A program made the position numbers and the translations under genes. The notes below the pieces were generated by a model that was not told the origin of the DNA, ran no database searches, and saw only the letters and a list, made by a program, of their open reading frames with translations. DNA of 64,000 nucleotides from assembly GCF_032062105.1 (NCBI RefSeq), contig NW_026930103.1, positions 496,001-560,000 of the forward strand, given 5' to 3'. Below are positions 1 through 13,790 of the stretch, piece after piece. The stretch comes from Saccostrea cucullata. Taxonomy: Eukaryota. Numbering within the stretch: position 1 is the stretch's first letter; each line of letters opens with the position of its first letter.

Positions 1-647
1 AGGATGCTTCCGTATAAATATGAGCAATTATGGCGTTGTTATTCTTGAGAAGAAGATTTTTAAAGAATTTTCCTATATATTTCTATGTAAAACTTTGGTC
101 GGCCATTGTGGCCCCGTCCTACCCCCGGGGGTCATGTGAACAAACTTGAATCTACACTACCTGAGGATGTTTCCATATAAATATGATCAATTATGGCTTT
201 GTTATTCTTGAGAAGAAGATTTTTAAAGAATTTTCCTATATATTTCTATGTAAAACTTTGGTCGGCCATTGTGGCCCCGCCCTACCCCAGGGGGTCATGA
301 TTTGAACAAACTTGAATCTACACTACCTGAGGATGTTTTCCCATAAGTTTCATCTTTCCTGGTACAGTGGTTCTTGAGAAGAAGATTTTTAAAACATACC
401 ACCAAATTTTCATTAATTCCCAATTATCTCCCCTTGAATGAGAGCGTGGCCCTTTATTTGAACAAAATTAAATCCCCTTTACCCAAGAATGCTTTGTGGC
501 AAGTTTGGTTGAAATTGGCCGAGCGGTTCTTGAGAAGAAGTCGAAAATGTAAAAAGTTTACAACGACGACGACAACGACGACGACAGACAACGGACAAAT
601 TGTGATTAAAAAAGCTCACTTGAGCCTTTGGCTCAGGTGAGCTAAAA
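1..647 (+). mobile_element. Non-autonomous Helentron/DINE-like element (one end), with ~165-bp internal tandem satellite units
   Basis: Tandem units containing 'gaacaaacttgaatctacactacctgaggatg' (~138, ~304), a (GAC/AAC)n microsatellite at 560-590 and a terminal hairpin 'gctcacttgagcctttggctcaggtgagc' followed by an A-run (615-647). Same family as 52450-53870. Matches the known architecture of oyster Helitron-associated satellites. Confidence 0.75.
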
Positions 648-1534
648 AGTCATCACTTGGATCTTATGTATTTGTTAAAAGGCTCAGGTGGGTTATACTG
701 GTGAACAGGGAATGCCTACTTCTCCTATTCACCTGATCCTACCTCAGGAATTTCTTGTTGTTTGTGTTTATACTCTCATAAAAGATTTGTTGATACATGT
801 AAATATTTTAGATCTGTCACTGTTCCCTATGTTCATCTTTTCAACATATGACTTAAAATGGCTTCAAAGGAAAAATTCACGTCCACAAACATAACTTGAC
901 TTAATGCTCCTAAAGAGATTATGCGTTACTCCCTATTATGGCTTGATTTCTCTGTAGCTACACACTTTCATATTATGTAAAAATATTTTAAAAATATATG
1001 TTCAAATTTCAATGCAATGTCATTCTTATATGGATATTAGATATAGAGTTATTTACAGTAACAATAAAACTGCAAATCATTGTAATTTTACATTTGTTGA
1101 ATTCTGTCTCTGGGGTATTGTACCAAGACAAGGTCTATAATTACCAATTTCCTGTCAACCCCTATTGGTAAATAATCATAATGGCTTTATGTCGATAAAA
1201 TTAAACTTTTAACTAGCAAACGCTAGAATATATTTCAGAACTATGAAACAAGGCTCTCATAGTTATCTATTGATTAGTACTTTATAACCATAGCTACTAT
1301 ACAGATATAGAATTTTAATGATGTAAAATGATCTTTGTTCAAATTAATTAATTGTAAGTCAAAGTAGGATAAAACAGATAGGGAAGTAGTGATAAAACCT
1401 CCGCCGCGTCATCAGTCAGTAAAATGAGTTTGAAGAGGAGAATGGAAGCAAAAATTACGATTTTTTCCGTAGTTTTTCTGTCAAGCTAAACAAAGCTTCC
1501 ACTTCACCTTTGGATTTGTCAAATTTTCAACAAG

Positions 1535-4500
1535 ATGTCAAACGGTTGTTTCTTGGAAAGTTGGACCGAGGTCTTATTATTGTGGTTTTCTCTGCGGATA
1601 GGAAACTTTGGTATTGGAACTGGATTAAGCATAAGAAATGAAAGTTATTATAAGTTAGAAGGGGATTTTTCTCATCTTTTGAATCCTTCTACATTTTTGG
1701 GATCTTTCACAGCTGTTTACGGCGGTGTTCTTTGTAGCGGCGATAAAGACTGCAAAAGCTTCTTATTTAACGGTAAAACTAAACAGGTTCAGTTGTTAAC
1801 AACCATCGAAAGTCCAGGCGCTCCACCTGGAAATGGCAATGACTGGAGGTATTTTATTAAGAGAACTGGTAAGTTTTACAATTTTTATTTCTTACTATCA
1901 AATTATTGTTTTTAATATTAAATTTAAATAATTAAAAAGGTACATGTAAATGCAAAGCCAAAATTCCAAAGTACATCATGTTCTATATTGTTACATATAT
2001 TATGAATTATTGAATAAGTTATTCTTCTAATTAATCTCTATGGAAGAAAAAAGTATTACTCATGATTGCAATTAATTTTTTTCTTTTAAAAAAAAAAATG
2101 AACATAATCAGAAGTCATTAAAAATAGTCTCCTTCTTTTTCAACCACTTAATGATAAAGAGAAACTGTATAGCACAAAGATATAATGCATTTCCAATGCA
2201 TTTCCTACTAACTGTTAAAAAAATTAGAAGAATACAATTCTAAATTTCTTTTTTGAAATTGATGACAGTAAAAATGTAAACACTTTAACAATGTACATGT
2301 AAGGTGTTCCTTGCAAGAAGGTTATACACATTTTTGAAGGGATAAAATCAAATACATTAGACATGCACACAAATTAATGATATATTTTTCTTTCACACAC
2401 ACATTGGTCAAATAATTTTGTTGGAGTTGTTTTACCAATGAAACAAAATTTTTCTTAATTGGTTTTCCTAAAATATATCTGGATTCTTTGATGTTCATGT
2501 TTTGTTTGATTTTCATAATTTGCTAGGATGTTTAAAGTTAATTAACCTTTCGTAGTTTAAAATAACTTTCTGTTTGAAAACAAATTAACTTTTAAAAAAG
2601 ATAAATCAAAAGATGGAGAACTGGAAACCTGGCCCAGTACATTCAGTTATTTACTGATTGGCTGTGTGTTTTTTTTAAATTTCCTTTTTTTTTTTTTACA
2701 TTTCCATCTCAGTGAGCTTTGGTTGCATTTCAACGTTATCGGTGTATAAAAATTACACCTTAGATGTGTTAAACAACCTATTGTTATGTGAATGTCAAAG
2801 TGAAAAAAATAACTTTCTCAAAAGTCAATTAAACATTGAAGACAAATTAACATTTTTTTTTTCAGTTGTTCATATAAAAGGTTATTTAAAAATTTTCTAC
2901 TACAGTGCCCACTGTCCAATCCGACCACTGTGCAATCCGGCACACTGGCACTTCCGACGTAAATCTTTATTCCCAAAAATATCTTTATATTACATAGAAA
3001 AAGTTATTTATTGGTTAAACACAGTATTAATTGCATTGCAGTTTCACCTGTGTTATCCGACATAATTACACGGCTGGTTAAACCCCATTGAAGCCTTTGT
3101 TTACACTGTATGACACTTTTATGAGGGGATTTCAACATTCATCTGTGTTCTTGGCACATAAAAATGTTTTAATACAGTTATGATGATGTGTTAAATTACA
3201 ATGTTATCGATAATTATAATTGTTTGCAATTTTTTCCAAGGTTAGATTTTAATTATTTAACTATTAGCTTGTGTGTGACAATTTGTTTGGTGAAATGCAT
3301 CAAAGTAACAGGACCATTGATTTGAGAATTGTCACAAACAGTATGAAATACATAACCATATTAAAGAAACAAATAAAACAAAAAAATTTTTTGCTGAATA
3401 TAACATACTATTTATCCTGGGGGAAATAAATTACGGAATAAAGTCAGGCATTTAGTCTACTTCCGTTTCCAAAATGGCGGCCATCGAAGAAGGAATGTGA
3501 ACATGTGCTGATTAAAGATGGCAATAACTATTAAAAAAACAATTTTTATAAGTCATTTTATTAAAAAAATGTTATCACAATAAATTAAAAAGTTTTTTTT
3601 TTCAGGTAAAGTGTTCATATAAAAGGTTGAAATTTAAAAATTTTCATGGACTTGAAATGTGACAGAAATAGCCAACACTGTAATTTTTAATCCGACATAA
3701 ATTTAATTTCCCATGGCACTATTTATTACAAACGACTGAATTTTTTAAAATAGACTATTTATTAGCTACGTAATAAAACCTTTCCTTAGGTAGTATTTTG
3801 GCTGCTGACTTCTTTCATCCCTATTGTTAGATTTTTATGTTTATACTGATATTGACTACGAAATGACCTGTCTATCTTATCAACACATGGTTTGACTAGT
3901 TGACAAGGGATGCTCTCTCCCCCTAACACCTGATCTCACGTCTTGGATTTCCAGGTGTCCCATGTTTTTACCCTTTTCATAGTTTTGTATTATTTATAAA
4001 TTTTATTTGGATGTATTTGATTATTTTGTTTTTGAGAAGTAAAATGGTTCACATGTATTAAGTTTTGAAATGATTGTTTTTTGACTTTCGTTTGTTTTCT
4101 ATTATGTAATAAAAAACTGAAATTTAGAATATTTTGATACGTAAGCCTTCGAGAATTCATTTAGAAAAAAATATAAACTAATATACGAAGGCATATTTTT
4201 AATTCCAGCCGACATTATGTTGATCTTCTACACATAATGAAAAATGTTAAGTTCTTAATCTCGTGAAAATGGAAAGAAAATTGGTTAATTTAGATGCAGT
4301 ATGGCGACGTCAAGAAGATTCCAATTAAAAGATGGAACTCTTTGCACTCTTAATCTTCAGTAATCAGATTTAACTTCATTTAATACAAAAATCTTTAATT
4401 TCGTTGTACTTGCTTTTTGCAAGTTGCCATATAGGTTAGGATAAAAGAATATTCATGGATGCTCATCTTCTTTTTAATATGTTTAAGCTTGATACATCAG

Positions 4501-6857
4501 CATACCTTTTAAAGTAATGAGACTATTATCAGATTATATTTTATGCCCCTTGAGATTCAGTGGGATTAACACGGCTCTTTTTTTAATAAAAACTTACCCT
4601 TGCTCACAACTTTTGATTTATTGGAGTTATGCATATTGCTGTCTTAATTCACATGTTTATTCTTTTTGACAAATCTATTTTTTGTGTACGAACATATTTG
4701 ACATCCATGATTGTTTACGTGACATTCGTTTTCTATAGCAAAAGTCACGCCTTTTAAAAGTTAAAAGACAAATTTTTGTGACATTTTTTGCCTGTAGTAT
4801 CATATATATTGATCGGTTGACCTTGACGTAATTTTGAAAACCTTTTAAATTCGCTACCCATAACTTGGAGGTTGTTCTCTTTTATTTTAACTTTAACATT
4901 GGCTTTAACTTTTAAACAACCGGTGCAATGGCTTAAATATTCAACAAGTGTATTTTTGTTACAAGATATTTCATAGGTACAAACAATTTTTGACCCCTAA
5001 GCTTGATCTTAAGTTTAAGTTGCATTTGAAAAACATTAACGTTGCATTTAACTTTCATACGGGGGCTTCAGTGTACACAAACATATCTTGTTTTAAAATG
5101 ATATTAATTATTTAGCAGGCATCCAACCTAAATTTATACCTAACACTCAAATTTACAAAATCATGTACTAAAAAAAATGGATAAAATCGATATTTAATTT
5201 TAGAGCCTCGAGTATGTGAAGCAGGATGGGAGAAATTTGGAGAGTCTTGCTATTTGTTCAGTCTCTCGTATGGCACTTGGAATAACGGAAAAGTATAATC
5301 TATTCATTCCTTATTCATCGTTCTTTATTGTTATTAGTCAAAAATATTCATGCCTCATTTTGTACAAATATAGTTCATCAATAATCAGATAATTGTTAAG
5401 AATCAATAATTAAAATTAACGAAAATTACAGTTTGAAATACCAGTGAAAAGAATATTGTTTTTCTTTGTTTTATTAAGAGTCAATTTCGAAATAATATTT
5501 TGTTTCAAACAGTTCCTTACTTAAATATTAATATTATTTTATTTTGACAGACTTTTTGTGAGGGAGAGGGAGGGTATTTAGTTGAAATAACGAGCTTGGA
5601 GGAGGATACTTTTATCAGAGATTATGTCAGAAACAGGGGATTGATGGGTAATTAAAATACATAAATCTTCTTTTTATCTAACATAGAATTTAATGGATGA
5701 AATAATTAAGGAAAAATGATATATACACTTTTACAATTTGCTATTCCGTTTATTTTAAGCACAGATTGAATTTTAGGGAAAGTTTTTTTTTCATTTGAAT
5801 TTGTATTCTGTTGTTTTAACACGCTAAAAAGAATAAAGTTTTAGTGCGTTATTTAACTCTAGGCCTTTTGACGCCTTTTAAGGTTGAGAGACACCCTTTA
5901 TCCATGTTGTTAAAATTTGGCTATTAAGAAAAGTCCAATGTTTAAGCTTATCTATTTCGATCAGCAAATTTATAAAATAAAATTGGATAATGTTGTATAT
6001 TTTTAAATATATTGGCTGACAAATGGTCAATTAAAAAAGAAATCTTCGTAAAAGATGATTTCATGATTTGATAATAAAATTGAAAAAACTGAAACACATT
6101 TTTTTTCTATAGGATATGCGATGCAAATTAAATGAAGAGGAAACTCGTAATATATTACTTATTTTAACCCTAACAATTTTAAAATTCTACAAAAATTGGT
6201 TTAAAGAACCGTGTTTAAAATATTTGCATTAAACATAGTTGAATTCAAATGATTAACATTCATACATATAATGAAAAAATTTCCAATATGTTCATGGGGT
6301 TTGAAATTAGCAAAAAAAAAAAAAAATCTCATAGGTACAAAAATAAATTTACAACTATAGCAGTTACAAAGTCTTTTGCTAAAGAATATATAGTATTAAA
6401 ATAGATTAAACCCTATAACATTTAAAATACATATACACATTACGACCCCCCCCCCCCCGAAAAAAAAACAACAAAAAACAACAAAAACAATGGTTTTAGT
6501 GTTGTTTTAAAATTGATTTTCTTTGGAATACCTACATAAATCATGTATAAATAGGAATATTCTGCTTCAACATGAATCTGAGGAAATCAAGCATACAAAA
6601 TTTATCATATTTTAACTTACATTATCGTTATAGCTTTTGAAACCCGCGACAGTTGGATCGGAGCAACGGATGTAGCAGTAGAGGGTTCCTTCATTTGGTC
6701 CGGAAGTGGACAACCCATCACGTACAATAACTATGGACCTAATAACCCGGATAATAGCGGCGGGAATCAACATTGTCTTATACTGTACCAACCTTCAGAC
6801 TACAAGTGGCACGATACACAGTGCACAAACCAAAACTCTTTTATTTGTGAAAAATAA
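1535..6857 (+). CDS. PAN/apple-like domain + C-type lectin domain protein (perlucin-like CTLD), ~247 aa, 4 exons
   Basis: Exons 1535-1868, 5204-5292, 5551-5647, 6634-6857 with GT-AG borders and consistent phase (744 nt). CTLD hallmarks: CEAGWEKFGESCYLF, FCEGEGGYLVEITSLEED, WIGATD, GSFIW, NPDN..GNQHC, WHDTQC, FICEK*. Exon 1 has a hydrophobic N-terminus and LCSGDKDCKSFLFN (PAN-like). Confidence 0.85.
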
Positions 6858-7917
6858 TCACTCGTTTAAGAACAATTTTTAAATATTTTTTTAAAAAGCT
6901 CGCTTACAAAAAACAAAACATTTTAATTAAAGAGAAATGACCCCATTATCAATGTGGAACATTCATTGCTTTAATGGCTGACTTATGTGTGTTATTTTTT
7001 TTATTTCTTTATAAAAAAAATATAACCATGATATTTACAGTTTACTTCACGATGATTTTGAAGTTGATGACTTCAAAAACAAACGAGTTATCTTTCCTAG
7101 AGTTTAATTACACCTTAATAGTTACATTATGTCATTATATCAGTGGTATACTGGATTTTAAATGAATTCAATTAAACGTTTGTCTTGTTGGCAATCCTCA
7201 AGTCTTGTTCACATTAAATACAAAGTAATGAATGTTAAAGGAATCTCAACGATTCTTATAGGCAGTAGTTTAGAATTCGAAGGTCTTCTACTACTTTTTA
7301 AAACAGAACATATGTTTGTTACATATGTATATACGCACTGAATTGCTGACGAATTTTCCGTTATTTCCCAATCATGACAAAGAGTACACGGTGGGTGTAA
7401 CCGGTCGGCAGGGGATGCTCACTGCTCGATGACACCTGATCCAACCTCTGATGTTTAGGATGTCCGTGTCTGCTCTGCTCCTATTTTCTATTGCTTAATG
7501 TACTTTTGATCTTGAATACTGTTCATTATCTCTTTTTATTTCATGTATAAAATGAATATGATTTATTTGATATGCATTCTGTTCGTTAATGTTTTATCTA
7601 TATTTCCTGGGTAAGTGATCAAATGCAGTTCAATAGCAAAGATTCTATTGATCCTATACTGACCTTTCTTGCCAAGAAACGTTGCATCTCGTGATGCCAG
7701 TTTCTTTATATGTTTCGGATGAGGGTTTTTAAATTCTTTTTTCTCGGAATGAATAAATAGATGAGCTTATTTAGAGTACCTTACTTTTCAAATTCACATA
7801 AATGTATTCTAAAATGCTTTATTAAATTAAATCATTCAATATAATTTGTACAGCAAAAAGTACTTTTTTAGAACTATCAATGCGTTGTAAATTTCATTTT
7901 TTTAATGAAATAAAATG

Positions 7918-10900
7918 TCAGGATTTCAAGATTCTGTTCCATTGTCTTGTCATTTCTTCTTCGGCAACATTTTGAAGTTTTTGTAGCATTAACCATGCAC
8001 TATCAGCACCAAGTCGAGTATATTCATTATCTGGTTGTTTCTGGAATTCACTTTCTCCAACAACAATATATTGGCACAAGCCAACCAGAATACAGTATGG
8101 CAATAATTGTAAATCTTTATCAGAAATATGACAGAATTCTTTGTATCCATTCAGAAAATGTCCTCCAATATCGATACTATCAACATCTTCGACATCAACC
8201 ATTAAATCCCTTATGATCATGGCAACTTCAAATAAATAAGGAGAATACGCTATGTCATTGAAGTCTATTAGTCCAAACTTGGTTTCCCTCTTAGTATTAT
8301 CCTCAGCGTCATATATTGGATGTAAATTTCCATCTTTGTAATTTACAATGATATTAAGATCATGAATATCATTATGAATAATGCCTGAAAAATAAAAAAA
8401 AATATTTTAATTATTCTTCCTAGAAATATTTACAAATAATTAATAATACATTTTTTATTCAGTAAATTATGCGGTGTTCTACAATATCAACATTCACAAA
8501 CTTTGTTATCTGTGTAATAATGGACAAATATTATCCTAAATTTTCCAATTTTTTTTTTTTTGATAAACACTACAAAATATTTACCTTGTTAATTTCTTGG
8601 TAATACCTGTGGTATGTATATTTCTCTATTGAAACACAACTGAAAGGTCATATGTCAACCTGTATGTATGTGAGTGGCGTATAAATACACCGAAGAAAAA
8701 ATAGATGTTTTGTTTAATTGTTTACTAAGTACTACAGTAATTAGATTTGACATATCTTTTTACAAACAAAATAAATAATGAATTATCTTCGTAACAAAAG
8801 CAAGTTCCTAACGCAACGCTGTCCACTATGAGCAAGGCCGAGAACTCAACTTCCGTGAACAGCCTTTCTGAAGCACGTGGAGAAATCGGCACAGCCACAC
8901 TCCATCATCTAATACAGACATCGTTCCTCAGTCATTACCATCCGACTTCGTAAGCAACTCAACTTCCTACAATGTATATTGGAAAATTGGAAGACTAAAC
9001 AAAATCATGACTGAGTATGGTAACAGTCCACACAAATCGGTTTTCTGACCTACTCCCGTTTCATCAACTGCAACATTACATTCAATATGGCGGCGGAGAA
9101 ATGGCCTAGGGCCTATACACGTGTTTGTGCTTCCGACAACCTAAATCTAGGTCCCATATGTAATTTACGTTAACAAGATTGCTTTGATCATAATTTAAAA
9201 TTCTTTTGTTGTTTATTTCATAAAAGTTTATATTTGACTACACAATCATTAGAAATTTCCTGTTTTTATTGTCTACAATTTTATATAAAATTTGACGATA
9301 ATGGGGCGTGGCAAATATGAAATATAAATTTACGGAAATCAGTTTCATGCATTTCAAATCTACTATCATCAATAACATAATATTTTTTTCTTTTTTAAGA
9401 TTGTTGAAATTTCATAGTAAAAATAAAAATATATATTCACATTGCGTAGGTTTTTTATGGCAGGGACATTTACCTTTAAGGATTCATGGAGTTTTCCGGT
9501 AAAGCATAACTCTTTGATCATACGTTTACTGTCAATCTTGTGTAAACAATTCTTCAAAGGTTTTCCAGGAACACTCTGAGAACTATAGACAGTGATTCCT
9601 TGAATAGCTGATGAATATCACTATATTTTAGAAGTCAATTTTTTTTCAGAATGCAGAAAATAATATATACCTAGTAAATATTGTAACAGACCAACTTTTT
9701 TTTTCAAATTCTCAGAATTTTCGTCATCTGTTGACTCCAAAGTACTAATTAAACTATGCAGTTATATACATAAATTGAGTACATGTATATAACAAGGTAA
9801 TTGAAAATTATTTTTGTTAATTATAATATCAATGTATTTCCGCAATTGGTGTTCCAAAAATCAAATGGTGTTAAATACCAATAAAAAAAAAACATGGTAG
9901 AAATAACGAAAGAAAATCGCATTTTAAATTTACATGCTTTTTATATGCTTCAAACAAATTAATTGAAAATGTTCCATATCATGAAAAACTTCTGGGACCT
10001 GTCCTTTGTTTTCAGTAAATTGTACGATTATAATATGTTGACTGATTTAGCATTTTTTTGACATATAAATTATATACGTTGTATTGCAAAATTAAAAAAT
10101 TTGTTCCCTTACACACAAGAAAACTATTCAATAATGCTATTCAATGTAAACTCGCCATGTATACAACAGTTTATACCAGCATAATTTGGGGTAATGACAC
10201 ACTTGGCTGTGAGTTTTCAAATTTTAAAAAATATCCTTGCATTATTTTGGCTTATGTGTGATTTTTTTCACTACCATTATTCGAAAAACTTTTGTACAGA
10301 TTCTGACAAGGATATATATAATATATACAGTGTACAAGTAACACGCACATGTTTTACTTTTATATATAAAGACAACTTTTAAAACTTAAAATTTTCTTCT
10401 AATTAGTCATTATTGGTATGTTTTTCTTTTACCGAAATATCGAACAAATCAATTTAAAAATTCTTTTCATTAAGTTTTTATGAGAACAAACTAAAATACG
10501 TTTTTCACAGAATTTACACACATTTTAAAAATGTAGAAAAATTCATAATAACATCCAAATTTTTAAATCTGTGAAATTTATGTACATTGTAATTTTTTTT
10601 AGGATTTTGTCATGTTGTATTAAATTATTATTGTACAATGATTTCATAACTTTTTAAGATGAACATTATCATAAAAATCCTTAGTGCATTTTGCACTAAT
10701 CGGGTCACTACATTTATAAATTATAAAGTATTATTACTTATTATTATGTGTTATTATTTCACGTGTAAAAATCCTTATATATTGTTTTTTGTATATATTT
10801 CATATCTATATAATGTTTTGAATTTGAATTTTGAACAAACCTTTCTGCAGTTCTTTAAACAACGGCATTACATTGTCTTCAAATTTCTGAAGTATTTTCA

Positions 10901-12174
10901 GAATAATATCGTCTCTTTCTTCAGAAGAAATCTGCTGAGAATGAATAGAGTTGCTTACAATGTATATTGGAAAATTGGAAGACTAAACAAAATCATGACT
11001 GAGTATTGTAAGAGTTTAATATGTTTTTCATTTATGGTATATTTTCCATTCCAGCTCATTTCCCCCAGGAAACAACAACCTTAGATTTTTTAAATCGATG
11101 TACATACAGCAACTTTTGAAAGACTGAGAACATAAAGCAAATCTCATAAAGCCATGATTTATCTTACTTTGATGTCCTTTAACAAAGTTCGTAGGCATGT
11201 AGAATTTTCTAAAATCCAAGGGTCGTTTGGTCGAGATTCAAGAGAAATTTCCTTTGTAATTGTCTACAATTAATCATAAAATATAAGCTGATAATCCGAA
11301 CAAATATAAAATATAAATTTACGGGAAATCAGTTTCTTGAAAATTGTAACAACGTTTCTCTCAACATCAATAACATAATCATCTTTATTTCTATTAAAAT
11401 TTCACAGTAAATTATGTCGGGACCATGAAATATTTACATAGCGTAGATTTTTTATTCTGTCATATCCACCTTTAAAGATTTATGGAGTTTTCCGGTAAAG
11501 CCTCCCAACTCTTTGATCATACGTTTACTGTCAATCTTATGTAAACAATTCTTCAAAGGTTTTCCAGGAATGAATGAGAACAGTCGAATTACAAACTGAC
11601 CATCATCTATGAGGAAAAATGCCTTTTTTGTTTCATAAAACTAGCAAAATATATGTTATGTACATCATATACATGTAATCATGGGATAATATATGCATAA
11701 TATACATTCTGCTTCTAATGTTTATTTTAATTTAAAAAATATTTTTGTATTTTAATTGGACCTAAATATTTAATACTATCCCTTTTTTGGATGAACATGT
11801 TCTTTACGTATGCATCACCTTACTTCGTATTACATTTAAATTTATTACATTACCAGATTACCTGTTTCATGAAACCATTTATCGTCAGGAAAGGATAGGC
11901 ATAGCGTGCAGATAAACCCATCATCCTTCAGATGTTCCATAACCTTCCTCTCCTTTTCTGCTTTCTGTTGGCAAAAATTACGGCGATGAGAAAGTTTAAC
12001 CATTGCCTGCATTTCTTCATATAAACGTGACCCACAGGAGTTCTCGTACTTAACAAAAAAATTGCTGTCCTCAAAGGAATCCAGACGATCAATATTGTGA
12101 ACTTTCCATCCACATTTCACTTGTAATATGCGTTTTAATTCTTGATTCGATAATTCTGGTCGACGTTTATCCAT
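7918..12174 (-). CDS. Hydroxylysine kinase-like protein (HYKK/AGPHD1 family; aminoglycoside phosphotransferase/choline kinase fold), ~368 aa, 5 exons
   Basis: Exons 12174-11862, 11606-11470, 11263-11168, 10934-10841 (NAGNAG acceptor), 8384-7918; 1107 nt, open frame. Motifs: LDSFEDSNFFV, IRLFSFIPGKPL, GKLHKSL, catalytic GIIHNDIHDLNIIV, metal-binding GLIDFND, YLFEVAM, PDNEY. Confidence 0.85.
8965..9575 (-). pseudogene. Decayed partial internal duplicate of the kinase gene (part of exon 2, intron 2, start of exon 3, part of intron 3) inside intron 4
   Basis: 9470-9570 is near-identical to 11470-11570 (PGKPLKNCLHKIDSKRMIKEL-CFTGKLHESLK); 9250-9460 resembles 11243-11460; 8968-9018 matches 10957-11007. 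Confidence 0.75.
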
Positions 12175-13059
12175 TTTATATTATTTTTTTGTAAACTTTA
12201 GATAAAAAGTAATCTGGAACCATAACCTTTTCGTCCCTTCTTGATATTAAGCTACGGCGTCGCATACAAGAAATAAAGGTAAAGTAAGGTACTGAGAGGA
12301 AACGATACCCCCGGAAAAGTTCATGTTTTGTTCTGAAAGACCCGATATAAGGGTTAGATCAAAACGTAAAATAGGATGTGCACAATGGCATTATGTTATA
12401 AAGAATCTGTGAAAGTATCATTAAATTTTATTCAGTGATATAGGACTAGTTGCAGGAAAGACATTTTTTTTAAAGAAATCGTTTTAAAAAAACTAAAGTT
12501 CTTTTATAATAGTTCTATAAAATCCTTATTCTTCCTGAGAAATGAAAATTAAAGACGATCATGAGAATAAACGATACACTGGAAATGAATTTTTTTTATT
12601 GTTAATCTAATCTCAAAGCTTTTCGCAATGACTGTTTATTCCATAAACACTTTATTATTGAAAATGTACAGAATTAAGCAAAAACTTAAAATAAATCGAC
12701 AATGGAATCTAGCGAAAATGATGGGATTACACAATGAAGATAAGGAAAATCTATACCTCTTTTATTTTTTTTGATATGATTTGATGGCACAATTTAATCA
12801 GATTGAAGTTGATATATATTCTTTCAATTTCAGATAACTGAGACGATATGGAAGACGTTTAAGGATTCTTTTACTCGACCCCTTAAACAAATGGACCAGG
12901 GGTTGATGGAAAAATCATTTTTTTTTTTGTTTAATGAAACTTCAGGAGACATAATGATGCTTGTATATATGTAAAAATTAAAATCTATATTTTATATACG
13001 GGGTCGTGACCCCCGTGTATTGATTGGGTACACAGATTTGATATGAAAACAAATGTCTA

Positions 13060-13790
13060 ACTGGTATGAAACACATCAGTCAAAGTACGACCAAGTAATG
13101 TTATATTTTTTATCAAGCTTATCATAACGACCATAGAAACACTGACTTTAACTGGCGTGGCTATAATTTCTGTAAAAATCAACTTGTCAGTAGTATGTAT
13201 TTTGTTTAAACTTTGACAATGTCAAAGACAAGTGTAATACTTAAATAGACATACACTATACCTGCCGGTGAAAACAGTAATTTCTTAAATAAGAAAATTG
13301 ACTGTAAAAAAAACTGACCATCTCGTTTGTCATACTAGCAGGTTGTTGACCTTTATCATCTACGGTCAGGAAAAGATCAAAATATGAAACAGAGTTGACA
13401 GACTCGATGTCATCTTTTTCGAGTTTTCTGGGAAATATCAACATACATGTTAATAGAAGTCACTCTTGTTAATTGATAAAACTTTGTGTATATCTCTGTA
13501 CGTCTTGTTGACGGTCATAGCAAGTGCTGCATCTCATGTAGAAGGTTTTTGATCAATCCTCCTCGAAGGTATATAGAGAGTCAGGTCAGCTTAAAAAGGA
13601 GTGTAATTAGAGTCCAGCGGAATATTTCCAACAATACATATATGTAGGAAGATTGATCTCCGAAAAGTACATAGATGTTACCATTGACGAGCTTCAGTAT
13701 CCATTTAATATCAACCTTAGACGTGTTTGTATGTGTTTGTAGATTCAGAATTATGTATAATATTTGCTGGTGACCGATCACCAAGTTTTG
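13060..13790 (-). mobile_element. Degenerate Penelope-like retroelement RT fragment
   Basis: Broken frames similar to the 16090-17040 copy (VDIKWILKLVNGNIYVLFGDQ; IFPRKLEKDDIESVNSVSYFDLFL). Confidence 0.6.

Noticed and set aside
374-640. 88-aa ORF with poly-Thr
   Set aside because: Lies wholly within the Helentron-like repeat; the poly-Thr is the (ACG/ACA)n microsatellite.
2712-3065. ORF or possible extra lectin exon after 'ccatctcag'
   Set aside because: No recognisable domain or good donor; exons 1 and 2 join in phase without it; the distal part looks like a MITE end (2901 onward).
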